A stretch of DNA of 64,000 nucleotides, from the NCBI GenBank assembly GCA_036504095.1, contig DASXVS010000002.1, positions 118,184-182,183 on the forward strand, read 5' to 3'. The DNA comes from Armatimonadota bacterium (GTDB lineage Bacteria > Armatimonadota > DTGP01 > JAKQQT01). Of the stretch, positions 28,447 to 37,641 are shown one piece after another. Under the pieces are notes generated by a model. The model saw only the letters and a program-made list of their open reading frames with translations, was not told where the DNA came from and did not search any database. The translations under genes were made by a program, and so were the position numbers. Numbering within the stretch: position 1 is the stretch's first letter; each line of letters starts with the position of its first letter.

Positions 28447-29181
28447 ATGTTGATCAACCATAGTCGGATCCTGGCGGTCGTGGTCCTGGCGGGCCTGGCC
28501 ACCGGATGCAGCAGTTCGAGCAGCCTGTTCAAGCCCAGCGTGGCCGACCAGAAGAAGCTGGGCGACCAGGCCGCCGTGGACCTCGAAAAACAGAGCAAGA
28601 TGGTCGCCGGACCGCGCCTAGCCCGCGTGGAGCACGTTGGACAGAGGCTTGTGAACGCCCTGCCGTCCAACGACCGCAAGACGTGGGATTTCCGGTTCCA
28701 CGTCATCGACAGCAAGGAGGTCAATGCCTTCGCGCTTCCAGGCGGCAACATGTTCATCTACACCGGCCTGCTCGACCGCATCAAGACGGACGATGAACTG
28801 GCCGCGGTGATGGGGCACGAGATGACGCACGTCCGTAAGGAACACTGGGCCAATATGGCCGCGAAAGACCAGGAGCGCTCGGCCGGGCTTGGAATCCTCC
28901 TGGGCGTTACGAGGGCCAGCCGCGACTGGTACAACGTGGCCGGGGTGGCTAATTCCCTGGTGAACCTCCGGTACTCCCGCAAGGATGAGGATCAGGCGGA
29001 CGAAGGCGGCCTGAACAACATGGTCGCCGCAGGGTACAGACCCAGCGGTATGCTGGACCTGTTCCACACCCTGGAAGTGGCGGCCAGGGAGGGCAGCACG
29101 CCCACCTTCCTGCGCGATCATCCGCTGACCTCCACACGCATAGCCAAAACGAAGCAGCGCATCGCCAGGATGAATCGCTGA
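28447..29181 (+). CDS. M48-family zinc metallopeptidase lipoprotein
   Basis: Lipobox LATGCSS after the signal peptide; HEMTHV zinc-binding HExxH motif. Confidence 0.7.
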   Translation: MLINHSRILAVVVLAGLATGCSSSSSLFKPSVADQKKLGDQAAVDLEKQSKMVAGPRLARVEHVGQRLVNALPSNDRKTWDFRFHVIDSKEVNAFALPGGNMFIYTGLLDRIKTDDELAAVMGHEMTHVRKEHWANMAAKDQERSAGLGILLGVTRASRDWYNVAGVANSLVNLRYSRKDEDQADEGGLNNMVAAGYRPSGMLDLFHTLEVAAREGSTPTFLRDHPLTSTRIAKTKQRIARMNR

Positions 29182-29288
29182 CGCATAGAGGGCGAGATAA
29201 GGGGAAGGCGCAACGACGCGCTTTCCCCTCCCACTTTGGTGCCCGCCACCGCACAAATCCACGTAGCTCTGACGCCTGCTCCCGTCCC

Positions 29289-30152
29289 TCAGCCTTTACC
29301 CCTCAGCCCTCGAATCACGTCCAGGTTCCGCCTGTCGTCGTCCGGGTTGTTCTTGGGGGTCTCGAGGATGAACGGAACATGCGCGAGGCGTGGGTCGTTC
29401 ACAAGCGCGCGGAACGCATCGGGGCCGATCTGCCCCTCCCCGATGTCCTGATGAACGTCAGATTTCCCACCCAACGCCTTGCGGTTGTCGTTGGCGTGGA
29501 TGCAAAGCAGGCGGTCGAGGCCCACCAGCGCATCGAACTCGTCGATCATCGCCGTTGTGCCTTCGGCGCTGGAGATGTCGTATCCCGTGGCCCATACGTG
29601 GGCGGTGTCGATACAGATGGCAACGCGGTCCGCCACGGGCCCGCACAACTCGAGAACGCTCTCCAGTTCCTCGAAGCGCGAACCAACCAGTTTCCCCGAT
29701 CCATTGGTCGTCTCCAGGAGCACGGTCGTGCCGCTCCCGTCCTCGGAAAGCACCTCGACCAGCGCGGCCGCCACGCGCCGGATGCCGGCGTCCATCCCTG
29801 CCCCGAGGTGGCTGCCGATATGGCTGTTCACGTACTCGCTGCCGCTGCGCTCGGCCTGCGCCAGTGCGTCGCGTAGCATCTGCTTTGAGCGGCCCCAGTT
29901 GAAATCGTCAGGCGATGCGAGGTTGATGAGGTAGGGCGTGTGCAGCACGCACGGCTTCATGTCCAGGCGTTCTCGCTCGGCGCAGAAAAAGGCACAGTCG
30001 GCCTCCTTCCACGCGGTCCCCTTCCAGGCGCCGGGGTTGCCACTGAAGATCTGGAGGCAGTTGCAGGTGGCGTCCTCGGCCCATTTCAATGAGCCGCGGA
30101 GGCCGCCCGACAGCGGCGCGTGGACTCCGAAGCGTTCAGGTAGGGCGCTCAA
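29289..30152 (-). CDS. nfo: Endonuclease IV (AP endonuclease)
   Basis: TIM-barrel Nfo motifs (HAPLSGGL, CLQIFSGNP, CIDTAHVWATGYD, CIHANDN); proposed TTG start at 30152 is in frame (codon 145 of the track ORF) and abuts the upstream stop. Confidence 0.75.
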   Translation of the reverse strand: MSALPERFGVHAPLSGGLRGSLKWAEDATCNCLQIFSGNPGAWKGTAWKEADCAFFCAERERLDMKPCVLHTPYLINLASPDDFNWGRSKQMLRDALAQAERSGSEYVNSHIGSHLGAGMDAGIRRVAAALVEVLSEDGSGTTVLLETTNGSGKLVGSRFEELESVLELCGPVADRVAICIDTAHVWATGYDISSAEGTTAMIDEFDALVGLDRLLCIHANDNRKALGGKSDVHQDIGEGQIGPDAFRALVNDPRLAHVPFILETPKNNPDDDRRNLDVIRGLRGKG

Positions 30153-30574
30153 ATCGTCTTCCCGCTCTCTGCCGCCGCGGGCGCCTTGGCCGTCGCAGGC
30201 TTCTTCATCGACTGCGCGAAAAGGTTGATCGCCGCCAGGATGAGGAAGATCGCGAACACGCGCTTCAGTATCTGCGGGTTCAGGCTGAGGTTCATCCGCG
30301 ACCCTACCACGTTGCAGACCGCAAACCCGATGGCGACCCACAATACGATGCGCCAGTCTATCTGGCCCGCACGGTGGAAAGTGATCACGCCGGGAAGCGC
30401 GACCGGTAGCACAACGATCGCCAGGGAAGTCGCCGCCGCCCTGTGCGGGTCCATCTTCATCAAAATCGTGAAGATGGGCAGCATGATCAGCCCGCCTCCG
30501 ATCCCGAACAACCCGCTGGCCACCCCAGCAATTGCGCCCACACACAATAGTCCCACCGCCGACTGAAGCCACAT
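30149..30574 (-). CDS. TauE/SafE-like (DUF81) membrane protein, single-repeat half-length form
   Basis: GIGGGLIMLPIF motif and about 4 TM helices in 141 aa; full-length family members are roughly twice as long. Confidence 0.5.
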   Translation of the reverse strand: MWLQSAVGLLCVGAIAGVASGLFGIGGGLIMLPIFTILMKMDPHRAAATSLAIVVLPVALPGVITFHRAGQIDWRIVLWVAIGFAVCNVVGSRMNLSLNPQILKRVFAIFLILAAINLFAQSMKKPATAKAPAAAESGKTI

Positions 30575-30722
30575 CTTCGCTCATCCCCCCTGTGAAAACA
30601 TCGTTTCATTCAGTATGTATCCGCAATCGCCCCGCCGTATCGGGCACGGGAGTTGCTATCAATACCGCAACGAACAAAGGCTCCGCCGATGGCGGAGCCC
30701 AGGGTAACCGGAAGGAGGCAGG

Positions 30723-30968
30723 TCAGCGGCAGCGACGGGTGTTATCGGCGAAGGCCAGGATCGCATCGGCGAGGTCCCCGGCGGAGGGGTTGAACTTTCC
30801 GGCGGCCATCCGGCGGCGAACCTCCCGCACTTTGTCCAAACGAATATCCGGTAGCGCGGCGTAAGCTGCGCGAGCGCGCAGGGCCTGTTCCGCCGGAATC
30901 GCCGGCGCGGTTGTGGCCGCCACAGCGCCACGGTCCCCGATAATCGCCCCGTCATGTGTGTAAATCAC
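30723..30968 (-). CDS. FlgM-like anti-sigma factor (tentative)
   Basis: C-terminal segment IRLDKVREVRRRMAAGKFNPSAGDLADAIL resembles the FlgM C-terminal helix; no flagellar genes in the window. Confidence 0.4.
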   Translation of the reverse strand: MIYTHDGAIIGDRGAVAATTAPAIPAEQALRARAAYAALPDIRLDKVREVRRRMAAGKFNPSAGDLADAILAFADNTRRCR

Positions 30969-31104
30969 GTGCTTCTCCCCGCTCTGGCGCCCGCGGCGGC
31001 GCCGTCCCGTCTGCTCACACTAACAGTTTCGACGGTGCAGCGCCGAAACTTGAGCGGGATTCACATCTGTACCACATTTCCGGAGAATTCTCACAAGACT
31101 TTTT

Positions 31105-31950
31105 TCAGCCGGCCAAATCCCATGCCTCCTCGCCCAGGCGACGCATGGCCAGCGACTGCTGCCAACGGTCGGACGTCTCGCGCCCCTGCGCGTCCACGAT
31201 GCCGTAAGTCGGCGGCCCCAGTTCGCTGACGAACGGCAGGATATCGCCGGGAACCGCAGCGCGCTTCCAGTGCGCCATCGCGATGGTCCAGAGCCGTACA
31301 AAATCTCGAGCCGGCCCGGACAACCCGTCGCCGACATCCACCTGGATCTGCTGGCCGTTGGAGACGCGCGCGTGGAATGACGAAACGCGCTCCAGCACCG
31401 GCGCGAGGTGCTCCTCCGTCATCGCCGTGAACTCGGACCCGACGGCGAAGTGCGAGAGGTCCGCGCAAAAACGCACGTCCGGCACGCGCCGGACCAGTTC
31501 CCACACACGGAAGAGGTTCTCAGTCACGGTACCCCGGTGCGTCTCCACGAAAACGGGCAGCCCCACGTCATCGGATAGCGCCATCAGGTCCCGGACCAGC
31601 GCCTCAATCTCATCGTCGGTGTTGTAAGGCCCTTCCACGTGGCAGTTGGCATAATCCGCCCCCAGCGAGACCGCGTGTTTGAGTTTGCCCTCAAAACCGG
31701 TGATATTCCCGCTCCGCGCGCCGTATCCGAGGCGCAGCCCGTGCCGGCCAAGCGTATCCCTTATCTCCGGGCCGGTCTTCTCGTCAGGCCAGCACTCGAC
31801 CGCTTCGAAACCGGCCTCCGCCACGCGACGGAATTTCTCGTCCAGGCTCCATTCGGGACCGCCGCGGGGCAGTTCGATCAGCGCCCACATCGCGTGGGTC
31901 GGTCTCAGGCGCGGCGGGTTGGCACTACCATCGTTCAGACGGCTCGGCAT
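31105..31950 (-). CDS. Sugar phosphate isomerase/epimerase-like TIM-barrel protein
   Basis: Xylose-isomerase-like barrel features (VETHRGTVTE, CADLSHFAVGSE); tentative. Confidence 0.5.
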   Translation of the reverse strand: MPSRLNDGSANPPRLRPTHAMWALIELPRGGPEWSLDEKFRRVAEAGFEAVECWPDEKTGPEIRDTLGRHGLRLGYGARSGNITGFEGKLKHAVSLGADYANCHVEGPYNTDDEIEALVRDLMALSDDVGLPVFVETHRGTVTENLFRVWELVRRVPDVRFCADLSHFAVGSEFTAMTEEHLAPVLERVSSFHARVSNGQQIQVDVGDGLSGPARDFVRLWTIAMAHWKRAAVPGDILPFVSELGPPTYGIVDAQGRETSDRWQQSLAMRRLGEEAWDLAG

Positions 31951-32051
31951 AAGTGACTCCTTGATCTGTGTTAGTCGGAGTCACAACACAGCATGCCTGC
32001 GCCGGGTTCAAGGGAGGCGCGGAGGCAGAAATCAGGCCTATGCAGGGAGGC

Positions 32052-32786
32052 TCACGGGAGGCCCGGCGCCGCCACGATGTTCGCCCGCACTTCGTTCCAG
32101 GGGCGGGCGGCCGCGTGACCGTCGCAGTAGACCGATACCGTGAGGCCGTCCCACTCCATGTAGGCGGGACGTCCCTGCGGCGGCGAATGCCACGGCAGCA
32201 CGTCCGTGATCAGCACCACGCGCGTCGGCCGCGCAACTACCGACGTCGGACGGGCGGCCAGGGCAGAGTTCTCGGGCTTGGGATAGGGGTTCTCGTCCAC
32301 CACCCGCGCGTACATATCGCGATAGAAATAACTGGCGCCGCCGTCTTTCCAGAACGGGCGGGCGGGGCCGGTCATCCAGTAATCGCTGAACTTGAGATTC
32401 AGGCCGGTGTCCGAGGGGCAGCGCCATATCTCGCGGGCCGCGCCGTACGGAGAGACGGCCTCGATAATGCCGGGCGTGCCTTCGATGAACGGTCCGAATG
32501 ACGCGTACTGCGGCGTGTTCCATTCGTTCCACGCGGCGGGGAAGGTGTCATTCCAGTCGTCCGCGTACGCGCGGATAGCGACGCCTATCTGTTGCAGGTT
32601 TGAGAGGCAGACGGCACGATCTGCTTTCGTACGTGAACGCGATAGAACAGGCAGCGCGATGCCCGCCAGAATGGCGATGATCCCGCTCACCACCAGCATC
32701 TCCAGCAGTGTGAAGCCGGCCCGGGCAGTAGGCAGGAGGCAGGAGACAAAAGAGGGTGTCCCGCGCACCGAACCCCGATTCCTCAT
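32052..32786 (-). CDS. Prepilin-type N-terminal cleavage/methylation-domain protein with DUF1559-like C-terminal region
   Basis: GFTLLEMLVVSGIIAILAGIALPV prepilin signal; CLSNLQQIGVAIRAYADD and a C-terminal YCDGH motif typical of the H-X9-DG family. Confidence 0.75.
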   Translation of the reverse strand: MRNRGSVRGTPSFVSCLLPTARAGFTLLEMLVVSGIIAILAGIALPVLSRSRTKADRAVCLSNLQQIGVAIRAYADDWNDTFPAAWNEWNTPQYASFGPFIEGTPGIIEAVSPYGAAREIWRCPSDTGLNLKFSDYWMTGPARPFWKDGGASYFYRDMYARVVDENPYPKPENSALAARPTSVVARPTRVVLITDVLPWHSPPQGRPAYMEWDGLTVSVYCDGHAAARPWNEVRANIVAAPGLP

Positions 32787-32794
32787 ATACAATC

Positions 32795-32860
32795 TGCAGT
32801 ACCTCCGCGCTACCTCCACGTTCCTCTGCGTCCTCCGCGTCCTCTGCGCTGAACTCCTAC
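32795..32860. repeat. CCTCCGCG / GCGTCCTC word-repeat element
   Basis: ACCTCCGCGCTACCTCCACGTTCCTCTGCGTCCTCCGCGTCCTCTGCG; reverse-complement words of the GCGGAGG family seen at 48697 and 51245. Confidence 0.5.
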
Positions 32861-33013
32861 GTCCAGGACTACTGAAGCAAGATCGATGCCCGGTGTTGTA
32901 ACCTCGCGATTCGCGCCGCCGTATCGGCTTTGGACGCGCTGGTGGCATCGCGTCATACACTATTGCCGATGGCTACCCAGGCCGCGACGCGGCGAAAGGA
33001 CGGTTTACCACAC

Positions 33014-33559
33014 ATGGGTTATTCTGTCGTACTCATTGCTCTGGCAGTGGTTTTCACCATCGTCACCTACAACCGGTTGGTCGCGCTTCGAAACCGCGTG
33101 AAGAACGCGTGGGCGCAGGTGGACGTGCAATTGAAGCGCCGCCACGACCTCATTCCGAACCTCATCGAGACGGCGAAGGGCTACATGGCCCACGAGGCCT
33201 CCGTGCTCGAAAGCGTCACCCAGGCGCGCAATCAGGCCATGGGGGCGAGCGGCGTCGCCGGCGCCGCGCAGGCTGAGAACGCTCTCACACAGAGTCTGCG
33301 CTCGCTTTTCGCCGTCGCCGAGGCCTATCCGGACCTGAAGGCCAACACCAACATGCTCGCCCTGCAGGAGGAGCTTTCCAGCACGGAAAACAAGATCGCG
33401 TTCGCCCGCCAGTTCTACAACGACTCCGTGATGGGCTACAACAACTCCATTCAGCAGTTTCCCGGCAACTATTTCGCGGGCATGTTCGGCTTTCACGAGG
33501 AAGCGCTCTTCCAACTTGAAGACCCCGCCGAACGGGAAGTGCCCCAGGTTAAGTTCTAG
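33014..33559 (+). CDS. lemA: LemA-family protein
   Basis: N-terminal TM helix then conserved LemA block YNRLVALRNRVKNAWAQVDVQLKRRHDLIPNLIETAKGY. Confidence 0.8.
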   Translation: MGYSVVLIALAVVFTIVTYNRLVALRNRVKNAWAQVDVQLKRRHDLIPNLIETAKGYMAHEASVLESVTQARNQAMGASGVAGAAQAENALTQSLRSLFAVAEAYPDLKANTNMLALQEELSSTENKIAFARQFYNDSVMGYNNSIQQFPGNYFAGMFGFHEEALFQLEDPAEREVPQVKF

Positions 33560-33575
33560 GTTCCAGGAGAATTGA

Positions 33576-34019
33576 ATGTCTGACAACACACACGAATCCG
33601 CCGGTTTTCACCACCTGGCCATGAAGGTCTGGGATTTCGACGCCACCCTGTCCTTTTACCGCGAAGCGCTCGGTTTCATCCCGGCGTACTCGTGGGGCGC
33701 GGACGAACGCGCTGCCGGGGGAACCGATTCACGAGCGGCCTTCCTGGACGGAGGAAACGGGAACTACATGGAGATCTTCGCCGGCGGCAGTCGACCGCCG
33801 ACCGAGGAGCCTCCGGAAGGTGTCCTCCTACATATCGCGCTCCGCGCGCAGGATTGTGACGCCGCCCTCACACGCGCCCGCACCGCTGGAGCGAAGGTCA
33901 CGATGGAGACGGCGGACATACCGGTCGCCGGAACGCCGCCGACCACCGTCCGCATCGCCTTCATCAAGGGCCCGGACAACGAAATCATCGAGTTCTTCCA
34001 GAACGATTTGCTCCGTTAG
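33576..34019 (+). CDS. VOC-family (glyoxalase/bleomycin-resistance/dioxygenase fold) protein
   Basis: HHLAMKVWDFDATLSFYREALGF N-terminal beta-alpha-beta-beta-beta module. Confidence 0.65.
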   Translation: MSDNTHESAGFHHLAMKVWDFDATLSFYREALGFIPAYSWGADERAAGGTDSRAAFLDGGNGNYMEIFAGGSRPPTEEPPEGVLLHIALRAQDCDAALTRARTAGAKVTMETADIPVAGTPPTTVRIAFIKGPDNEIIEFFQNDLLR

Positions 34020-34085
34020 GGTATCGGGTGCGGGGTCCAGGGTCTAGCCACTCAACCCTACACCCTGGACCCCATACCCTAGACC
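34017..34085. repeat. Long imperfect GC-rich hairpin (GGGTAT / GGGGTCCAGGGT words and their complements)
   Basis: GGGTATCGGGTGCGGGGTCCAGGGTCTAG ... CTACACCCTGGACCCCATACCCTAGACCC, immediately after the VOC stop. Confidence 0.5.
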
Positions 34086-34091
34086 CTTGCC

Positions 34092-35006
34092 ATGTACGAT
34101 CAGATTGCCGCGAACAAACGGGACTCCGGATTGCTGCTCATCGGCGTGATGCTGCTTCTGCTGGGCATCGGCTACGTTTTCGCGCGCGCCGAGGGCCTTC
34201 CTGTTGAGTTCGGCCTCTTTGCCGCCGCTTGCGTCGGCGTGGTCGCGTGGTTGACGGCCTATTTTGGCGGAAGCTCGATGCTCCTCGCGGCGAGCAGCGC
34301 ACGGCAGATATCGCACGAGGACGCACCGCAGCTCTTCAATGTCGTTGAGGAGATGTCGATCGCGGCCGGGCTGCCGATGCCGAAGGTGTACATCATCGAT
34401 GACTCGGCGCCCAACGCGTTCGCCACGGGCCGCAGCCCGGAGACCGCCAGCCTCGCCATCACTACCGGCCTGCTGGAGAAACTCAGCCGCGATGAGCTTC
34501 AGGGCGTGATGGCGCACGAGATGTCGCACGTCCGCAACTTTGACACCCGGCTCATGATGCTCCTGGCCGTGCTCGTCGGCGGCATCGTGCTCGCGGCGGA
34601 CGCCTTCTGGCGCATCAGCTATTTCGGCGGCGGACGGCGGCGAGACAGGGACAGCGACGGCGGCGGGCAGTTGCAGCTGCTCTTCATGGTACTCGCGATC
34701 GCCCTGGCGATCCTGGCCCCCATCTTCGCCAAGATGCTCGAAATGGCGGTCTCCCGCCAGCGCGAATACCTGGCCGACGCCAGCGCCGCGCTCATCACTC
34801 GCTATCCGGCGGGGCTCGCCGCAGCCCTTGAAAAGATCAGCGCCGACCCCGAGCCGCTGGAGGCCGCCAATCGCGCTACCCAGCACCTCTATATCGTGAA
34901 TCCGCTCAAGGGCGCCACGCAGAAGGCCGCCGGCCTGTTCGATACCCACCCTCCCATTGAGGAGCGCGTAAGAAGGCTGCGCGCGATGGAAAGCCATCCG
35001 GCATAG
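34092..35006 (+). CDS. htpX: HtpX-like M48 membrane metalloprotease
   Basis: HEMSHV zinc motif, N-terminal TM helices, second metal-ligand region EYLADASAA. Confidence 0.8.
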   Translation: MYDQIAANKRDSGLLLIGVMLLLLGIGYVFARAEGLPVEFGLFAAACVGVVAWLTAYFGGSSMLLAASSARQISHEDAPQLFNVVEEMSIAAGLPMPKVYIIDDSAPNAFATGRSPETASLAITTGLLEKLSRDELQGVMAHEMSHVRNFDTRLMMLLAVLVGGIVLAADAFWRISYFGGGRRRDRDSDGGGQLQLLFMVLAIALAILAPIFAKMLEMAVSRQREYLADASAALITRYPAGLAAALEKISADPEPLEAANRATQHLYIVNPLKGATQKAAGLFDTHPPIEERVRRLRAMESHPA

Positions 35007-35098
35007 AGTTCCGGGTTTCGAGTTCCGGGTTCCGAGTTCCGGGTTCCGAGTTCCGGGTTCCGGGTTCAGGGTTCAGGGTTTCGGGTTCCGGATTCCGA
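35005..35098. repeat. Tandem heptamer/14-mer array (GAGTTCC GGGTTCC)n, about 13 heptamer units
   Basis: GAGTTCCGGGTTTCGAGTTCCGGGTTCCGAGTTCCGGGTTCC... directly after the htpX stop. Confidence 0.7.
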
Positions 35099-35128
35099 TC
35101 ACACGGTACGACCGGCGTCCCGCCGGTC

Positions 35129-35164
35129 ATTCACCCGGTGGGCCCGCAATCAATCTCCCACCGG
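35129..35164. repeat. Perfect 11-bp stem hairpin inside the structured intergenic element
   Basis: CACCCGGTGGG (14-nt loop) CCCACCGGGTG. Confidence 0.5.
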
Positions 35165-35270
35165 GTGCGCTTCGCGCTTGTTGTCGACGAGTTTCTTTGC
35201 TCCGCTCAGAATGACAAAGGCCAGGACCCTCCGCACCTTTCCCCGTGTTAGGCCTATATTGAGACGTAAG

Positions 35271-35300
35271 GCTCGGAACCCGGAACTCGAAACTCGAAAC
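35271..35300. repeat. Inverted partial copy of the 35005 heptamer array
   Basis: CGGAACCCGGAACTCGAAACTCGAAACCC is the reverse complement of the array start (17 nt identical). Confidence 0.6.
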
Positions 35301-35306
35301 CCAAAC

Positions 35307-36620
35307 ATGCCCAAACACGAATACAACGGCGCGCTCATAACCGCCATCGAACCCGGCAGCATCGCCGATGAAGCCGGCTTGGAACCGGGCGACCGCATCC
35401 TCAAGATCAACGGCGAGGAACTGCGGGACGTTCTGGACTACCAGATGCACGCCTATGACGAAGACGTGGACCTGGAGGTCGCGCGCGGCGACCAGGCCGA
35501 ACTCATCCAGATCGAGAAATACGCCGGCGAGGGACTCGGCCTGGAACTGGGCGATGTGGTGTTTGACGGCGTCAAGCAGTGCACCAACCGCTGCGTTTTC
35601 TGTTTCATCCATCAGAACCCGAAGGGCATGCGCGAGACCATCTGGGTGAAGGACGATGATTACCGCCTCTCCTTCCTGGAGGGCCATTTCGTCACGCTCA
35701 CGAATCTGTCCGATGTCGAATGGCGCCGCATCGTGGACGAGCGGATGTCGCCGATGCGGGTCAGCGTTCACGCCACGGACCCGGCCGTGCGGCAGAAGAT
35801 GATCCTCCACAAAAACGCCGGCAAGGTGATGGAGCAGATCCGGGAACTCGTTTCGGTCGGCATCACGGTCCACTGCCAGGTGGTCCTGTGCCCCGGCTGG
35901 AACGACGGCGAGGTGCTGCGCCGCACGGTCTATGATCTCGCCCCGTTGTACCCGGGCGTGGAATCGCTGGCCATCGTGCCCGTGGGCCTCACGAAATACC
36001 GCAAGAACCTGCCGGACCTCGTTCCCGTAACCCCGGAGATAGCGCGCGACGTCATCAAGACGGTTGGCGGCTACCAGCGCGATCTCAAGCGCACCATCGG
36101 CAGCCGCTTCGTTTATCTGGGCGATGAGTTCTACCTCCAGGCCGGGATTGCGCTTCCGAAATACACGGAGTACGAAGGCTATCCGGCTCTGGATGACGGC
36201 GTGGGAACGTGCCGCTGGTGGGACCATCGTTGGCGCAACGCCCGCAAGAACCTGCCGGAAGGCATCGCCAAGCCGCGCCGCGTAACGGTTGTGACCGGCG
36301 AAATGGCCGGGCCGTTCCTCCAGAAATCGGTGGACCGCCTGAACGAGATCGCGAACGTGGATGCAACTCTAATCCCGGTGAAAAACGAGTTCTACGGAGG
36401 CGGCATCAATGTGGCCGGCCTCGTCACCGGATCGGACATCGTCACCGCCCTTGCCGGGACGGATGTGGGACAGGAGACGATCGTGCCGGAGATCATGGTC
36501 CGCCAGGGCCGCTTCCTCGACGACGTGACGCTGGAGGACATTCAAAGGGCCACCGGCCGCCCGGTCCGCGTGGTAAGCACGGATCCCGCCGGCCTCATCG
36601 ATGGGGTGTTAGGACTGTGA
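35307..36620 (+). CDS. PDZ-domain radical-SAM-like protein with DUF512-type C-terminal region
   Basis: PDZ-like GSIADEAGLEPGDRILKING; CTNRCVFC (C-x3-C-x2-C) radical-SAM cluster motif; 437 aa. Confidence 0.65.
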   Translation: MPKHEYNGALITAIEPGSIADEAGLEPGDRILKINGEELRDVLDYQMHAYDEDVDLEVARGDQAELIQIEKYAGEGLGLELGDVVFDGVKQCTNRCVFCFIHQNPKGMRETIWVKDDDYRLSFLEGHFVTLTNLSDVEWRRIVDERMSPMRVSVHATDPAVRQKMILHKNAGKVMEQIRELVSVGITVHCQVVLCPGWNDGEVLRRTVYDLAPLYPGVESLAIVPVGLTKYRKNLPDLVPVTPEIARDVIKTVGGYQRDLKRTIGSRFVYLGDEFYLQAGIALPKYTEYEGYPALDDGVGTCRWWDHRWRNARKNLPEGIAKPRRVTVVTGEMAGPFLQKSVDRLNEIANVDATLIPVKNEFYGGGINVAGLVTGSDIVTALAGTDVGQETIVPEIMVRQGRFLDDVTLEDIQRATGRPVRVVSTDPAGLIDGVLGL

Positions 36621-37058
36621 CGCGGCCACAAAGGGATCGATGAAGCGCACTCCCTCGACGGTGCGGTCGTTTTGGAAGTCTTCGCTGTAAAGCACCGTGG
36701 CGCCAGCTTCTCTGGCTGCTGCCCAGATGAGCGCATCCCAGAAGGAGAAGCCATAATTGGGCATCGCATCCAGGGCAAGAAAAGTCAGCGATGCTGTCAG
36801 CGGGACTACGGTGGCAGCGCTCGCAAGAAGGTAGACCATTTCGCTCGCCACCGTGTGGCTAAGTGCCGGCGGCTTCATCGGACGCGTAGCGACCGAGTAG
36901 AACTCATTCAGAACCTGCACGCTCACCACAAGGGAACCGCTATCGCGGAGCAGTTCCAATAACGCGAGGGCCGCGTCGTGTTTGGCCCCGGCGTCCGGAT
37001 CAGCCGAGTAGACCAGGACATTGGTGTCAACGAAGCTCGCGTTTGCGGTCGGCCACAC
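36609..37058 (-). CDS. vapC: PIN-domain toxin (VapC-like)
   Basis: FVDTNVLVY with the conserved Asp at the N-terminus and later acidic residues; overlaps the upstream small gene. Confidence 0.75.
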   Translation of the reverse strand: MWPTANASFVDTNVLVYSADPDAGAKHDAALALLELLRDSGSLVVSVQVLNEFYSVATRPMKPPALSHTVASEMVYLLASAATVVPLTASLTFLALDAMPNYGFSFWDALIWAAAREAGATVLYSEDFQNDRTVEGVRFIDPFVAASQS

Positions 37059-37290
37059 GATCGTGAATCTCCTCGCGAGTGGGGTATGGCGGCCCCCCGA
37101 GGGGAACCCCCTGCCTGAAACGGCCTATCAACCGCTCTAGCGCTTCTCGACGCTCGGCTGGGCCCACTTCGGCCGACTGCGCGAACGTCACCAGGACACG
37201 GGCATCGTCCCGGGCGAAACTTGGCTTCTCGTCCAACTCGACCTTGCCGTCTCGGTATGTGCCTTCCACTGTCAGCAGTCCCATGGGCAA
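37027..37290 (-). CDS. Putative antitoxin (VapB-like)
   Basis: 87-aa ORF overlapping the vapC start by 32 nt; assignment by position and size. Confidence 0.5.
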   Translation of the reverse strand: MPMGLLTVEGTYRDGKVELDEKPSFARDDARVLVTFAQSAEVGPAERREALERLIGRFRQGVPLGGPPYPTREEIHDRVADRKRELR

Positions 37291-37641
37291 ACCTCTTGAT
37301 TCACATGATACGCTGACGGGTGTTCAATGTACAACAGCAAGAACTCGTTGAAGCCGCACCAAACCTCCTCTGGTTGATGGTAGGTGCGCTTGCGCCTGCG
37401 ATCCTTCTCGTTTCACTGCGGGATCTGTTTGACGGCGAAATGAGAGTGGGGAAACGGGGGAATGGACTCATTCCCTCATTTCCCCACTTTCCCCGTTTCC
37501 CTTGCCCGTCCCACGGGAAAGGCCGCGAGCGTATCTTATGGTCAAGGGTAGCGCGGGCTAATGGTGCGTATCAAACGATCAATCGGCCTGATTTGTCTAC
37601 GCCGTACCACTGACGCCCCATTCCCCATCCCCTCCTCCGTG

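Noticed and set aside
30153-30584. N-terminal 144 codons of the 431-aa track ORF containing nfo
   Set aside because: Nfo homology begins near codon 150. The upstream part overlaps the TauE-like gene in another frame and has no Nfo-like sequence. A TTG at codon 145 gives a normal-length protein.
30723-30968. FlgM call as evidence for a flagellar locus
   Set aside because: No flagellar structural or regulatory genes are in the window; the assignment rests on one C-terminal helix, so it is kept as a low-confidence feature only.
35005-35098. Tandem repeat array considered as a CRISPR array
   Set aside because: Units are 7-14 bp with no spacers, and no cas genes are nearby; this is a minisatellite-like array, not CRISPR.
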